A stretch of DNA of 64,000 nucleotides from Amoebophrya sp. A120 (taxonomy: Eukaryota; Protista; Dinoflagellata). The position numbers and the translations under genes are program-made. Below the pieces are notes generated by a model that did no database searches, had not been told where the DNA came from, and saw nothing but the letters and a program-made list of their open reading frames with translations. The stretch spans positions 1,728,538 through 1,792,537 of the forward strand of contig CAJINV010000015.1 in assembly GCA_905178155.1 (NCBI GenBank), given 5' to 3'. This document shows, piece after piece, positions 1 to 13,009 of the stretch; within the stretch, counting starts at the first letter, position 1; each line of letters starts with the position of its first letter.

Positions 1-159
1 CTGTCATGCTCAGTTGTAGCACGACAATGAATTCTTCACCCCTAGCAGGACAGTAGTCGGCCTCCATTGCGTCCTCTGCAATACAGTGCTTTTTGTCGTC
101 GCACTTCATGCATCACAAACCAGTTCCACTTTGAGGATTTCCATTCTGAGGCTTTCATA
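1..159. mobile_element. 3' part of an introner truncated by the window start
   Basis: GTCATGC and GCATCACAA motifs, ends CATA, followed by in-frame exon. Confidence 0.55.
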
Positions 160-3100
160 GTTGCGTCCGACCGAAATTCGGTGTCGACCGGCCCGCGGTC
201 TCGAAATATCCTACGTAAAAACGTACCCACCCCATAGTCAAGATGGGGAATCGGCTAGACAAATCCACAAGCTTTGGCTGTTTCGCATGACAAATGTGGA
301 CGCGTAGTGTAGTGCTGTTTGAGCTAGTTCAGCAGCATTACAGATCTAGTCTTTCATGCTGATTAGAGGATAACAAATTTCCGAACACCATTAGAAAATG
401 CTTCTCATGGGGCTCCGCATGAGAAACATTTTAAGCATGCAGATTTGCATGACAACTATGGTGTGAGGACGTTTTTACACAGGATACGAAAAATCTCCTC
501 CTTATCCCAGGACGTGGTAAAGTCGCACGACTCGCAGCTGCACCAGACGGGTTCAGCGGCTGTGGACAGTAGACACCGGAACAGTACAAGAACCATGATC
601 AAGCGGGGAAACAAGAATAAACAAGTCGGTAGTGGTCCAGGTCCATCATACACCTCGACTCCCGAACAAGAGCAATTTTCACCTGCTGGCGGAGGTACTG
701 ATGAGCAACTGGAGATGTTGAACAGCGACGATGAAGACGAAGTAGACACTCCCTCCGGAACGACAAGTACTAAGAATCGCAGTTATATCTTCAAGAATCC
801 TCTGTACCACCGAGAAAGGCTGGGCACGATCGATTCGCAGCTAGGGTTGCCCGGATACTTCCCCCCCACCGCTGGTCGCGAGACAGCTACCTCCAGTACT
901 ATGGGCGACGAACAAGAAGATGTTGAAGATTCTTTTTCTGAAGAGCAAAGAAACCACTTCTATGATTTGGAAATTTTGAATAACCGGGCGAATGAACACC
1001 TACACGATGGCGAGGCCGACACCTATGGGAGTGACAGGACCGAAATCGACAAAATCGAAAAGTTTCATTTTGTAATGCATAAAATGTAGGGCACGCATGC
1101 CCTGTGTTGGGGACGACCACGCAAATGAGACCGAGCGCAACAAGCCTGTTTAGGTGAAGTAGACGATGCGCTGCCAGAGTAGCATGACAGGAGCAGTCTG
1201 CTTTGCCCAAACAGCATGACAGATCGGATTTTGGTGCTCTCGAAATTTGTCTTGCGCCGCGTGGAGACTGAGGCTCGAACTGGTATCAATTTTATGCATC
1301 ACAAATTATTTTGATTTTGTTGATTTGTTTGGTCCTGACAGTTCCATAACACTGATCCTTTGATTCCGCGACGGAATTCCTCGAGTGTGATGCGGAGCAG
1401 CAAGATATCAGAAAACCAAAGGAACTACAGCACTAGATCTTCAAATAAACGTGATAAAGGCGTCGATGCTGCTGGTAGTGCTGTCCTCGAGGGTCCTACA
1501 AAGAACAAAGAGGACCCCATGATATGCATCAACATGATCGACGAGCAAGATGAACAGAAAATTATCGCGGAAAATATCAAATGCAAAAATGTCTGGGTCT
1601 GGAAGCATGGAACTTGTAATGCTATTCCTACACTCCTGTAAAATCTGTATTGCATGACTAACAAAAACGCCCTCTTTGGTCATACAAAAGCGCAGTTTCT
1701 CATGCGGACTCAGTATGAGAGAGCGTTCTGGAATAAACTTGCCATGCTTGGTTGCATTGGCAAATATTTTACTCATCCACAGTTCTGCATCACAAGTTTC
1801 CAGACCCAGACTTTTTTGCATTTGATAGAAAAGCTGCACGAGCAAGACGAGGCAGCCGCGGACGATGTTTTTATCCTGTGCAAAAGTATCGTACTCGTAT
1901 TGCAGTCATGCATTACAAATCTTTGTTTTATGGTAAATCCGCATTACAAATTTTATCTCTCATGCTGAGGAAATTTGTAATGCATTTATACGAGTGCGAT
2001 ACTTTTGCAGTTCATAGTTTTGAAAAAAAGACGATTGGAATTGCAAAAGCAGAAGGAGCAGGCCGAGGGAGAACTCCCCATGTTGACCAAGCTAGATTGC
2101 CTCTTTGTCCTCGCGATAACGGCCACCGTGATCTTCTTGAACTTGATGTACGGAGTGATTTTGGGGGTGATTGTGTGCAATTGCGAGAGGAAACTTCTGA
2201 AACGGGAGCCATGGGAAGACAGCGAGTACTTTGAATATGTATCAAAACGAAAAATCCCCCCTCGTCCCCATACTGAAAAGGTAAAGGTATATTTTTGAAA
2301 ATTTGTGATGCTGATTTGTGGCCACAAATCGTGCCTGTCTTGCAAGAAGGCAACTCCGCAGGCTCCGCCGCATTGCGCAGGCGGTTTGTCATGCTGTTGG
2401 CCCTACAGTGCTGACGTTTTTCATGCTAAATGCCTAGGCCAAAACGTCTCTACTCGCGCTGAGTATGGGCCTGCAGTGCTTTCCAGCAAGACAGCTCGGA
2501 TTTGTGTACTCAGATCCAGCATCGGAGTTTTCGTTTTGATATGGGGCAGGGGGATTCTTCCTCTCAATAATATGACGACCATGACGAGGAGGACGAAGAC
2601 AGTCCCGATGCGGAGATCCAGATGGAAACTGCTACCCGCGTGCTTCGCAATCCCGCCTTTCCCTACCCCCAGAGGGTGGCGTATGGGAGGATTCTCAAAC
2701 GTTTTTCTTTTTACATTTTCAACTATTAGATGAATTTCAATTTTTGTCATGCAATATTAATATAGGCCGCCAGGTACTACTAGAGGTAGACGGAGATGAC
2801 GACCGCGCTCCGTAGTTGCGTGGGAAACAAAAAAATATCTAGGGGCTATAAATTAAACAAGATCTTTCTAAACCTAAAGCTAAAGCTGTGCCAAATTTGT
2901 GATGCGAGAGTTGCAAGAACAAGCTTGCCGATCATTTCACTGCTGCTGCTCTTGCGTCACAAATTTATCACGTAAAAGCTGAGAACGTTAACGTTTGAGA
3001 ACGTCATATGGGGTCGACGGAAGAGCTGTTAAGTGTGATCATGGAGAATACCATATCGAAAGAAAAAATCCCCCATCCCCATATCAAAGTGGCAATGTGT

Positions 3101-6004
3101 GCTGTGGGATTTGTCGTGTACACAAATCAGCTTTGTCTTGCAGTATAGGAGTGCAGGCAGATAAAAAGCCTGGAGGGGGCTGGCTGGGGGAGGTGGGCGC
3201 TCAGCATGGCAGACGTCTACCCTGTTGGTGCAGCAGCATGACAAATCGCCTGCGGAAACAAAGCGGCGAGAGCTCTGGCTTTGTTCTCTTGCAAGACAGA
3301 CCCGATATCTGTGGCCACAAATCAGCATCGCAAAATTTCAAAAGGATGCTTGTTCCGTTCGATATGGGGAGGGCGGATTTTTCCTTTTGATAAACCAAGC
3401 AGACTCACCCGTATGGTTGCGTTTTGGCGGCTGTGGAGAGAGACAACTATGAATTGCAAAAGTATCGTACTCGTATAAATGCATTGCGAATTTTCATCTC
3501 AGCATGAGAAATAAATATATTTGTGATCGTGCGGATTTACCTCGAGAAAAAGACTTCTATATATGCATGATTGCAATACGAGTGCGATGGATACTTTTGC
3601 AGTTCATACAGACCAGGTGCTCTCTTTCCAGGGATCCTGGAAGAAACTGTATGGCTTCACGGTGCAGGAGGATCCCTATCCTGTGTAAAAACGTCCCCAC
3701 CTCCCCATAGCCAAGATGGGAAATCTGCTACACAAATCAACCAGTAGTTTTGGGTGCTGCGCATGACAAATTGATTCGGCGCCGTAGCGTGATCCTGGTT
3801 AGTTGGTTCAGCAGCATCAGAGAGCTAGCGTGTCTTGCTGCTTCGCGCATTGCGTTTCCGAGTTGTTCCGAAAAACGACGACAAAATGTGTTTTTGATAA
3901 TTCTCAGGTTTCCGCATCAAAAGCAAAAGCATTGCAAGCATGCAGATCTGCATGTGAAGACAGCTTTATTTCGGCACTTCTCCACCCCCTGGTGACCTAC
4001 CTCCCCTGCCGCGTGACAGCCTCCATCTGTGGGCGGTTGCACAGCGGAAGGCAAACAAGTGCAAGGACCCGCAAGTCAGGGGCAAGTCAGGGGTGTCTGT
4101 TTAGCATGACAATTCTGGTGGGCTGGGGCCGTTTCTACTTTGGATCACCTGACGGGCCAATCAATCAAGGACGTGTGCTATTGTGGCGTGCAACAAGAAG
4201 CAAACGGCCCGCGTTGGGACAACGGCCTGAGTGAGCTGCTGGGAAATCCGGCAGGCGATGACTGGGACGGCGTCCCCGTCTTCATCCGGAAGACCGGGGA
4301 GACCATCTATGTCCGCCGGGCTCTTTATGCAAGCGTCAGGTTTGAAATCGACAAGGTGGAAATGATTTGTCATGCATAAAATGCAAGGCATGAAGTGCCT
4401 GTCTTGCCGGGTTGGCAAGCGAGGTCGACTGTCAGTCTGTTTAGGGTTTGAACTAGAGCTGGTAATAAAGTAGCATGACAAAAGAAGTCGTCTGTGCCCA
4501 AAGCCAAACAGCATGACAAATTGGATTGTTCCGGTGCTCGGAAAATTTGCCATGCGCCGCTTGGAAATTGGGCTTCCAACTGGTATCGATTTTATGAAGT
4601 TATTTTTTCAACTTTGACGATTCCAATCCTGACGCTTCCATACTCTTTCCTGCGTTGTTGGCGAGCAGGGTTTGCCGGGAGAATTATGCAAGAAAAAAAG
4701 AAGTGTATAAACATTGGAAAGCCGTATTATGCATAAGCACGTTGTAGCAGCCAGTAGCAGCTACACAATTTTCACCTGTCATGCTAGCCACTTATGGAGT
4801 TCTATTTCATAAAAGTGTTTATTTTCACTGAATTATATGCTAGCTGCGCATGACAGGCTTTGGCTTTGTTTCTTTGTCGTGCACCAGAGCAGGTCCTTTC
4901 TCATGCAGTCAGTCGAAGACACCTACACTAAAAACACAATTTTTCTCTTGGAAGATAACGACCGGTCAACATTAAAAAACAGTGGCACCTACAAGCGCTC
5001 GGCGATGCTGGGTCAACCCTGCTGCTTCGGAATCAGCGCGTGTTGCCTCGGCGGCACCGGAATTTTGCGGAGGGTGCGCAATTGGCGATTACAATTTCGG
5101 TCCTGACCGCACGAGACCCTTTCGGCAAGCAGCCGCTGACATTCTTGCTCGAGCCGCACCCTTGGACGATCGCGATTACCATATTGCAAGAAAAAAGTGT
5201 TACAGTTACACACATAGTCTATGCAGGCCAAGCGAGACAGACAAGCTCTGTCATGCCGGATATGCATAGGAGCCTCATTTCGTAGGCTTTTTCCCGTAGG
5301 ATTTCTGCATCTACAAGTTTTCTCTCTCATGCAGGGACATTTGTGTTGCTGAATTGCCTACAAATCTGTAACTGTAACACTTTTTTTTTGGGATATACCA
5401 GTCCACCAAACTACTACGACGAGGAGGCACTGTATCCCGAATCCCTTGTCTGCAATGCCGATTGGCATGATGCGGTTATGTTAGATACGCTCGACCATAT
5501 GCAGTGCAAAAGTATCGCACTCGTGCTGTAAATGCATTCTTGACAAATGTTCATGTTTTCCTCAGCATTACAAATCAAATCAAATTTGTTGTAATGCTGA
5601 TTTACCTTATTAAGAAAAAGACTGCATAAGTGGTGCAATTAAATTACTACGAGTACGATACTTTTGCAGTGCATAGACCAACTCGACGAACAAGACTATC
5701 CTGAGTAAAAACGTCCCCACCCCAGAGTCAAGATGGGGATTTTGCAACACAAACCTAGGAGTTTTGGGAGTCACGCATGACAAGTTGCAGTCCGTAAGGT
5801 AGTGCAAGTTAGCAAGGAAAGCCGCATCACAAATCGATCTGCTTATCCTGTTTACAGCATTACAAGTTCCCAAACACGCATGAAAATGCCTGTCATGGGG
5901 TTGTGCATCACAAATGTTGCTGTCATGGCAAATCTGCATGACAACTCTGGGGTGGGGACGTTTTTACAAATGATAGAGACTGGCGAAAAATTATGGGCAG
6001 ATGA
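160..6004 (+). CDS. 5'-truncated multi-exon hypothetical membrane protein interrupted by 14 complete introners
   Basis: Removing each TAT..ATA element + 5 nt gives one continuous frame (VASDRNSVSTGPRSRKISS...DCLFVLAITATVIFLNLMYGVILGVIV...QDWRKIMGR*), TGA at 6002-6004. The hydrophobic hairpin loosely resembles the last TM segments of SulP/SLC26 transporters (weak). Confidence 0.7.
207..486. mobile_element. Introner family A (TIR TATCCTGNGTAAAAACGTMCCCAC)
   Basis: DR cgaaa/cgaaa. Confidence 0.9.
1024..1348. mobile_element. Introner family B (TATGG..GTCAGGATCGAAATCGACAAA)
   Basis: DR acacc/acact. Confidence 0.85.
1575..1827. mobile_element. Introner family C (TATCAAATGCAAAAATGTCTGGGTCTGGAA)
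   Basis: DR gaaaa/gaaaa. Confidence 0.92.
1872..2016. mobile_element. Introner family D (TAT....TGCAAAAGTATCGTACTCGTA)
   Basis: DR gtttt/gtttt. Confidence 0.92.
2240..2569. mobile_element. Introner family E (TATCAAAAGGAAAAATCCCCC..CCCCATA)
   Basis: DR atatg/atatg. Confidence 0.88.
2682..3008. mobile_element. Introner family F (TATGGCGTTCTCAA..GTTACATTCTC), degenerate
   Basis: DR tggcg/tgggg. Confidence 0.8.
3054..3392. mobile_element. Introner family E
   Basis: DR tacca/aacca. Confidence 0.88.
3448..3608. mobile_element. Introner family D
   Basis: Clear TIRs; DR degenerate acaac/cagac; frame restored by element + 5. Confidence 0.82.
3677..4146. mobile_element. Introner family A with nested 149-bp insertion
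   Basis: Ends GGATC; DR degenerate atccc/acctg. Confidence 0.78.
4326..4642. mobile_element. Introner family B
   Basis: DR ctctt/ctctt. Confidence 0.9.
4685..4957. mobile_element. Introner family G-like, degenerate
   Basis: TATGCAAGAAAAAA...TTTTCTCTTGGAAGATA; DR agaat/acgac; frame restored. Confidence 0.65.
5182..5395. mobile_element. Introner family G (TAT.GCAAGAAAAAAGTGTTACAGTTACA)
   Basis: DR tacca/tacca. Confidence 0.9.
5498..5675. mobile_element. Introner family D
   Basis: DR gacca/gacca. Confidence 0.9.
5697..5975. mobile_element. Introner family A
   Basis: DR aagac/gagac. Confidence 0.9.
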
Positions 6005-6901
6005 GTACGACGAGAGCAGGGTTTAACACAATAGATACTTATCATCTGAAGGTCTTTTTGTGCTGATGTCCATTCGAAATGCAAGGGGAAATCAGTGCAG
6101 TATTGAAAAACTGCAAGAGAAGATATACTGTCAGAAAGTGCGACTGATTTTTGCGCTCCCTCTGGGAGCTCGCCGCGTAGCAAAATCGGACCGTGGAGGT
6201 CAGAGCAACCTACAGGTTGATGCTCAGCATGCTTGCACAAAGAAAATAGAAAGAGAAAGAAGTGACACGATATCAGAATGAAATCTAGTTGTGAAGCAAG
6301 CGAGGCATTATCAGACAAGAGTCCTTTTTGTCTTTTAAAATTGAAAGAATTGCTCCGACGAGAAGAAGAGAACTATGTTTTTAGCGAACTGCATTTCTTT
6401 TAACGAACTACATATACATTTCTAAGCAAGTAATTGACTTGTACGACAGAGGTTAGATCGGACTAACTTTATCGAGGCGACAACTGTAGTTACTTAATTT
6501 AGAAAGGCCACTTGTTATGCATTTGCACATAGCTGATCTCTGTTTCGTTATCTACTCATAAAAATGTACTTGTGATCCAATAAACCATGCACTTGATGAA
6601 GATGCACAAGCAGGACAACCATTGGGTCCGTATTTCTTGTGCCCCGCGGACCTGTCGTGGTCAGTCTCAGTATATTCTCATCATGATGTTCATCAGAATT
6701 CTAATTGGGTGGCTCCTGATGTCGTGAATGTGCTGAGTGAGTGGGCTCTGACATTGTTGAAGCGGAGATTACTGTCAACTTTCTTGAAGAAGTAAATAGA
6801 TATCTACTGTAGTAGTTGCACCTCCGCGTTGTAGTATTCGCTCGGGGTCTAGTATCTATCTTCGGTATCGGTAACGGTATGAAAAGTGAGTGCGCACGAA
6901 C

Positions 6902-6987
6902 AATGCGTGGTATAAAATATTCTACTGCTCGTGCGTGTATAAAATATTCTAAGCGAATGCGTGGTATAAAATATTCTACTGCTCGTC
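6902..6987. repeat. Three imperfect tandem copies of a ~27-bp unit upstream of ACOX
   Basis: GCGTG(G)TATAAAATATTCTA repeated three times. Confidence 0.8.
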
Positions 6988-7645
6988 TGTCACCAACACC
7001 AACACCTATCCAAGTCGGTTTTTTTTCAAACCTGCAAACATGCCACACCGGGGTCACCGGGAGGTCGTGACCACGACGAACAGAACTATAATCCGTCTGA
7101 CAAGCTGCGAGTCGGTGAGTTTTTTCCATGACCATGCCTCGGATTTGTGAGTGTCTGTGATGCAGAAGTCCTAGTCCTCGACCTCGACGACATTATTTTC
7201 AGCTATCTTCTTCGAACGCAGAAGTCTCAAACCGAAACCGCACACTCGAGTTTATACGGGTCAACTGTTAGAAGTATCATCAAAAATCATTACAGGGTGA
7301 GTTGTTAACGATTGGCACAAAGAAGTAAGTACTTTCTACCCACCCTTTTCCACCAAGTGAAACAGCTCTATCTGTAACTACATCCCACCTACCACGAGTG
7401 CTCAAACTACACGACCCAAATAGTTGTTGTAGAGAGGTGAAGTAAAGTCTTGTTCTTACAGGCTACAGTAGAAGTTTCTATTGCAGCAAGAATTTCATTT
7501 CAAATTTTTCCACACATACGTAGGAGGAGGAGCCAAAGGCTATAGCAATAAAACTGTAAGAAAGAGAGCAAAGTTTACAGTTGTTATTCAAGTGTTTTTT
7601 TCACAGATTCTTGCTTATTGGAGGACACCCCAAGAAACCGGCAAG

Positions 7646-10600
7646 ATGACGACCATCCAAGAGAAGTATGAGCGGCCTTTGATGTCGTGCATGACGCAGA
7701 CTCTGCCGGAGCTGAAGGAGGCTGAAAAGACGTGCAAGGTGCCGAAGACCGATGTGGCAAACATTAAGGCCCTGATTGAGCACGACAACCACCACAACAG
7801 GCGCAAGATTGAGAGCCTGATCGGAAGAGGTAGACTATGATTCTAATTGAGCAAAACCAAAAGCAAAAGCATCGCAGTACTCGTAGTATGAATTGCATTA
7901 CAAATAATTGGCTCAGCAGATGAAATTTGTAATGCGGAGTTACTTACCGTAAGATTAAGAGCGAGATTTCGATTTGTGATGCCTAACACGCTTCTACCTA
8001 AAAATCATAAAAACAGAAACCTGCTTCCGTCCGTACTTCAACACCACGCTCGACGAGCAGCGCGAGCATGCGCTCCGCCGTTTGCAGGCCTTCTGTAAGG
8101 ACAACATTATCAAATGCAAATATGTCTGGGTCTGGAAGATTGCAACTTGTGATGCTGTCTCTGCATGCTAAAAAAAATCTGTATTGCATGACCAGCAAGA
8201 GGGGTCCTGTCCAGTTTGTGCTACATGGAGAGGGTATTTCTAATGCGGGATAGGCATCAGAAAGCCCGCTAAAAATATGTGCTGCCAGGTTATGCATTAC
8301 AGACGTGGAGGTCATATTACGTCATGTAAAATCTGCATGACAAGTCTGGCACTCTTCCAGACCCAGACATTTTTGCACTTGATAAACATCATCCGAGTAC
8401 AGGACTTTGAGGAAAACCCCATGAACATCTTCATGGCCCACGAGACCTTTGCGCAGGTCGACGGTTCTTTTGCGACGAAGATGACGGTGCAGTTCAACCT
8501 GTGGGGCGGCACCGTGTACCGGTTAGGATCGGAAGAGCAGCGGCAGATGTTCGCCAACAAAACCAACAGCTCGGAAGTGGTTGGCTGCTTCGGACTGTCT
8601 GAACTCGGCTACGGAAACAACGCAGTGGAGATGGAAACCATATGCATTGCAAAAGTATAAATCGTACTAATACAGCAAATTGCATGACAAATTTTCCCTG
8701 CATGAAAAATGGAGTTCTTTGTCATGCTGCTTTATCACCTAAGAATAGAAAGGACAAGGAAATTTGTCATGCCTATCCGGGGGCGCAACGCCAACGAGTT
8801 GTATACGAGTGCGATATAATTACTTTTGCACTCGATAGACCACCGCGACCTACGATCACTCGGACGACACGTTCGTGATTCATTCGCCCTCGGTTCTCTC
8901 GCAGAAGTACTGGATCACCAACGGCGCCTGCCACGCCCACTACTGCGTCGTCTTTGCGCAGTTGATCATTGACGGCAAGCGCCAGGGCGTGCACGGATTC
9001 ATCACGCAGATCCGGGATTTGCAGACGCTGAAGCCTATGCCAGGTTGCAGGGTGGAGGATATGGGCCAGAAGGTCGGGCTGAACGGAATCGACAACGCCA
9101 AAATTTTGTATAGAGTTTTACATTTACTACTTTGGAGTTTGAAAGAGGCTGTTTCTGAGGAAGATCATGTTGCTTCTTTTCGTTTTCCTTTGTCATGCAC
9201 AAACGCGCATCACGACCGGGTTCTGTAATGTTAAAAATGCACGAAAACCCCTTTAGAGTATTGAACAACCCATCTTCACAGGTTCGAGAACGTGAAGGTC
9301 CCCCGCACGCACATGCTTTCCTCCTACGCCTGCGTCGAAAAGGGCGGGGAATACAAGTGGAAGATCGGCAAGCTGCCCGGTCTCCGCGATCGGTTTCTCC
9401 GGTTGGCGGACCAACTGCTGTCCGGCCGCTTGTGCATCTCGTCCATGATGCTGGGTGCGACGAAGGTGGTGTTAACCATTTCCAACCGCTACATGCTGAC
9501 CCGACACGGCGTCGGCCCGAGCGGAAAGTCCGATACCCCGATTTTGGACTATCAGCTGTGCCAGCACGAGGTGTTCCCATTAGTCGCGCGGATGTACGTA
9601 TCCCAAGAAGAGAAAACTGTGTCACTGTAAACTTGATGCACGACGAGAGATGGAGATCGCAAGACAGAAGTTATGTTTCTCATGCTACACACCCCGCAAG
9701 ACCACAGTGCATTTGTAGGCGTCTTTTATTGCCTTAGGAAGCACGCATGGAAAATCCAAATTTTCCTTGTCATGTAGAACGAACTTGTGATGCAAAACTT
9801 GCAAAATCCTTTACAGTGAAGCACTTTTTTCGTACGATAGTACGCGACCCAATTTTACCACAACTACGTGAAGCGGCGATACGCGGAGAGGACAAAGTTG
9901 GGCATGAACCCGAACACAGACCCAGCGGAGCTATCCAAGGTCCACATGGAGCTGGTAATCCTCTGCTCGTCGGTCATATGCAATACAAATTTCCTGTACA
10001 TGCACAAGATGCATTACAAATGTCACGAACTTGGAGCATGCCACTTGTCATGCTGAATGGAATTGAAAGAAAGTTTTGTCATGCAGAAACCGCATTTGTA
10101 CATGTACAGGAAATTTACTGTGGATAGGTCAAGCCCATCGCGGCGTGGTTGTGCGATAAGTCCGTAATCACCTGTATCCTGGGTAAAAACGTACCCACAC
10201 CAGAGTTGTAATGCAGATTTGCAAAGACAGGAAGACTTGTAATGCGCATCACCATGAGAGCCATTTCCAATCGTGTTTTGGAATTTGTGATGCTGTAAAC
10301 AGGATTAGAAGGTCGATTTGTGATGCGGCTTTGCTTGCTAACTTGCACTACCTTACGGACTGAAACTTGTCATGCGTGACTCCTAAAACTCCTAGGCTTG
10401 TGTTGCAAAGTCCCCATCTTGACTCTGGTGTGGGGACGTTTTTAATCAGGATCACCTGCCGCGAGCGGGTCGGCGGTGTGGGCTTCTTGGACGCGAACGG
10501 ATTTGGCGGCATGTTCGCGCACGCTGGTAATCTATTGAGTGCTTCACGACCATCTTCTACACGATTATAATTCAGTGATCTTGACGCAGCTGGTGATTTT

Positions 10601-13009
10601 GTTCCCATCGTTTATTTTGTGATACAGCATGCTTACACATGATAGTGATAGTGATACACATTAAGATCATCAATGCCCATGATCGCTACACCCTGAACAA
10701 CTAAACCGGAATAAAATGAATAAAAGGTATCACGGCCGAGGGTGATGCGCGCGTCCTGTGCGCGAAGGTAACCAAAGAATTAATGGAGATTCTGCAGAAG
10801 GGCACCTACACTAATTCCCTGAAGCCCATCGTTTCTACCGCGGAATACAACGTCCCCTGGAAGAACGCCGTGCAGATCGTGGCGGGCGAAGATGAAACCA
10901 AGATTGTGGCCTTCTGCCAGGAATTGGAAAAGCTGTTCGCGAAGAGGGTCCAGAACGCGTATCACACAGAAACAAGCAGGCAGGTCATATTTATTTGTAA
11001 TGCAAAAATAAATACCCAGAAAAATCTCTCATGGGCGGCCCCATAGCATGCTGTTTTTTAGGATACGCAATACAGATTTTTTGTGTATTTATTTTTGCAT
11101 CACAAATGTGGCCTGCCGGCTTTTTTCTGTGTGATAACGTGGCTGATATGTTCAAGAACAAGTTGACCGAATTCATGATGAAGGGAGACAAGGCGTTCAG
11201 GTATAGGTTGGTAATGCAACTGGAGTGAAGATTTTTCATAATTTAAATTTTTCCGACAATTACGATACGCCCTGTGGTCTTTGTTTGTCATGCGTGACTT
11301 GTCAAACAAAATCGAAAATCCCAAAAACAGGTACAAGATCTACGACGCGAATCTGAAGGAATTTTCCGATGAGATCCAATATGAACTGCAAAAGTATCGT
11401 ACTAGTACAAATCGCAATACAAGTTGGCTCAGCATTACAAATTGAATTTGTAATGCGGATTTACCTAACCAACTAGATTTGTAATGCATAACTGCGATTA
11501 CTACGAGTGCGATACTTTTGCACAGGATATCCAACTCGTCGCCGCAACTTATGGCCAGTGGGAGTCGCTCCGCGCGTTCAACAAGGTGATCTGCTCCGCG
11601 GGCACAGATCCCGATCTTTTGCACAACACGCAGACGTATCAAATGCAAAAATGTCTGGGTCTGGAAGACTGCGAGACTTGTCATGCTTGTCTGGGATGAC
11701 CAAAAAGTCTGTGATGCGTGTCCAAGAAGAGACCCTTTTGCCTGTCATGCAAAAACGCAGGCTGTCATGCGAAAAACACAACACAAAGAAGCGCAGATAT
11801 TTCTTATGCTTGGCTGTGCATTACAGAGCATTCCCTAACCCTATTCGCAACGCAGCATCACAAGTTTCCAGACCCAGACGCTTTTGCATTTGATAAGACG
11901 CAGGTAGCCACCCTCTCCCCCACCGCGGTGAACATGTTGGGCCGGTTGGCGATCCTGTACGCGATATCCTGAGTAAAAATGTACCTACACCAGAGTAGTT
12001 GTAATGCAGATTTGCAAAGACAGGAAGACTTGTAATGCGCATCCCCATGAGAGCCATTTCCAATCGTGTTTTGGAATTTGTGATGCTGTGAACAGGATGA
12101 GCAGATGAATCTGTGATGCGGCTGCACTTGCTAACCTGCACTGCAATGCATAGCGCAACTTGTCACGCGTGACTCACAAAACTCCTAGGTTTGTGTTGCA
12201 AAATCCCCATCCTGACTCTGGTGTGGGTACGTTTTTCCTCAGGATACGCGACGGACATCTTGATGGAGGATTCCATGTATGCGGTCGAGTTGAAGATTCT
12301 GAACCCGGAGACCGTATCAAGAAGAAAAATCCCCCCTTACCATATCAAAACGAAAATCTGTGATGCAGATTTGTGGTCACAAATCAGCTTTGTCATGCTA
12401 GAAGGGAAAAGATGGATGCGGACTGTAGTGCTGCGTGGCGCTGGAAAGCCTTGCATCTTCAGCATGACAGGACGCAGCTGGAAGTGGGAAACAGCATGAC
12501 AAATTGCCTGTGCCAAACGAGGCCACGACTGCGGCTCTTAGCCTTCTAGAATTACAAGTCGACGACTTCTTGTGTAAGTACTCAAATATTACAGCATCAC
12601 AAATTTCGTTGTCGATATGGGGAGCGAGGGGGATTTTTCCTTTTGATAGACCGAGCTCCCGTTTCTCCGCCCCCTGAAGGCGCAGCTGTGCAAGTGCCTG
12701 CGACCCGAAATCGTCTCGGTCATCAACTTATGAACTGCAAAAGTGACGTACTAGTATGAATCGCATGACAAATTTCCTTAGCATGAGAACTGAAATTTGC
12801 AATGCGGGTTTAACGTGAAAAAAAAATTTGCAATGCATGAATGCGATTACTAAGTACGAGTGCGATACTTTTGCAATGCATACAACGGGTTTGGAATCCA
12901 CGACGACGTCATTTGGCGCCCCATCGGCAAGGACTGGAAGACGTTTAACAAGGGGGATAACTTCGGCGAAGTGGTGGATACGGGACGGTATTTGACAAAC
13001 CAGTCGTAA
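7646..13009 (+). CDS. ACOX: Acyl-CoA oxidase (peroxisomal beta-oxidation type), ~705 aa; 11 introners and 4 GT-AG introns (7830-8016, 9108-9281, 10527-10726, 11201-11330)
   Basis: Reconstructed motifs GCFGLSELGYGNN, ETTATYD..FVIHSP..KYWI, KVGLNGIDN..FENVKVPR, CRERVGGVGF, TAEGD; spliced CDS 2118 nt, divisible by 3. Confidence 0.93.
8108..8384. mobile_element. Introner family C
   Basis: DR aacat/aacat. Confidence 0.93.
8641..8837. mobile_element. Introner with D-type TIR
   Basis: DR aacca/gacca; restores ETTATYD. Confidence 0.9.
9599..9839. mobile_element. Introner family G
   Basis: DR gtacg/gtacg. Confidence 0.85.
9977..10126. mobile_element. Introner family H (TAT..A.TA.AAATTTCCTGTACATG)
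   Basis: DR ggtca/ggtca. Confidence 0.9.
10175..10453. mobile_element. Introner family A, opposite orientation to 5697-5975
   Basis: Ends ATC; DR acctg/acctg; restores TCRERVGG. Confidence 0.92.
10960..11136. mobile_element. Introner family I (TATCACACAGAAA..AGC.GGCAGG; long TIR)
   Basis: DR acgcg/acgtg. Confidence 0.9.
11380..11529. mobile_element. Introner family D, reverse orientation
   Basis: DR tccaa/tccaa. Confidence 0.92.
11637..11895. mobile_element. Introner family C
   Basis: DR agacg/agacg. Confidence 0.92.
11965..12246. mobile_element. Introner family A
   Basis: DR cgcga/cgcga. Confidence 0.92.
12315..12648. mobile_element. Introner family E
   Basis: DR gaccg/gaccg. Confidence 0.9.
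12729..12882. mobile_element. Introner family D
   Basis: DR caact/caacg. Confidence 0.9.

Noticed and set aside
9598-9840. Canonical GT-AG splicing of the 9599-9839 element (would give M-Y-Y-A in frame)
   Set aside because: Possible at this one site by coincidence of the gtacg DR, but it does not generalise to the other elements; cDNA is needed.
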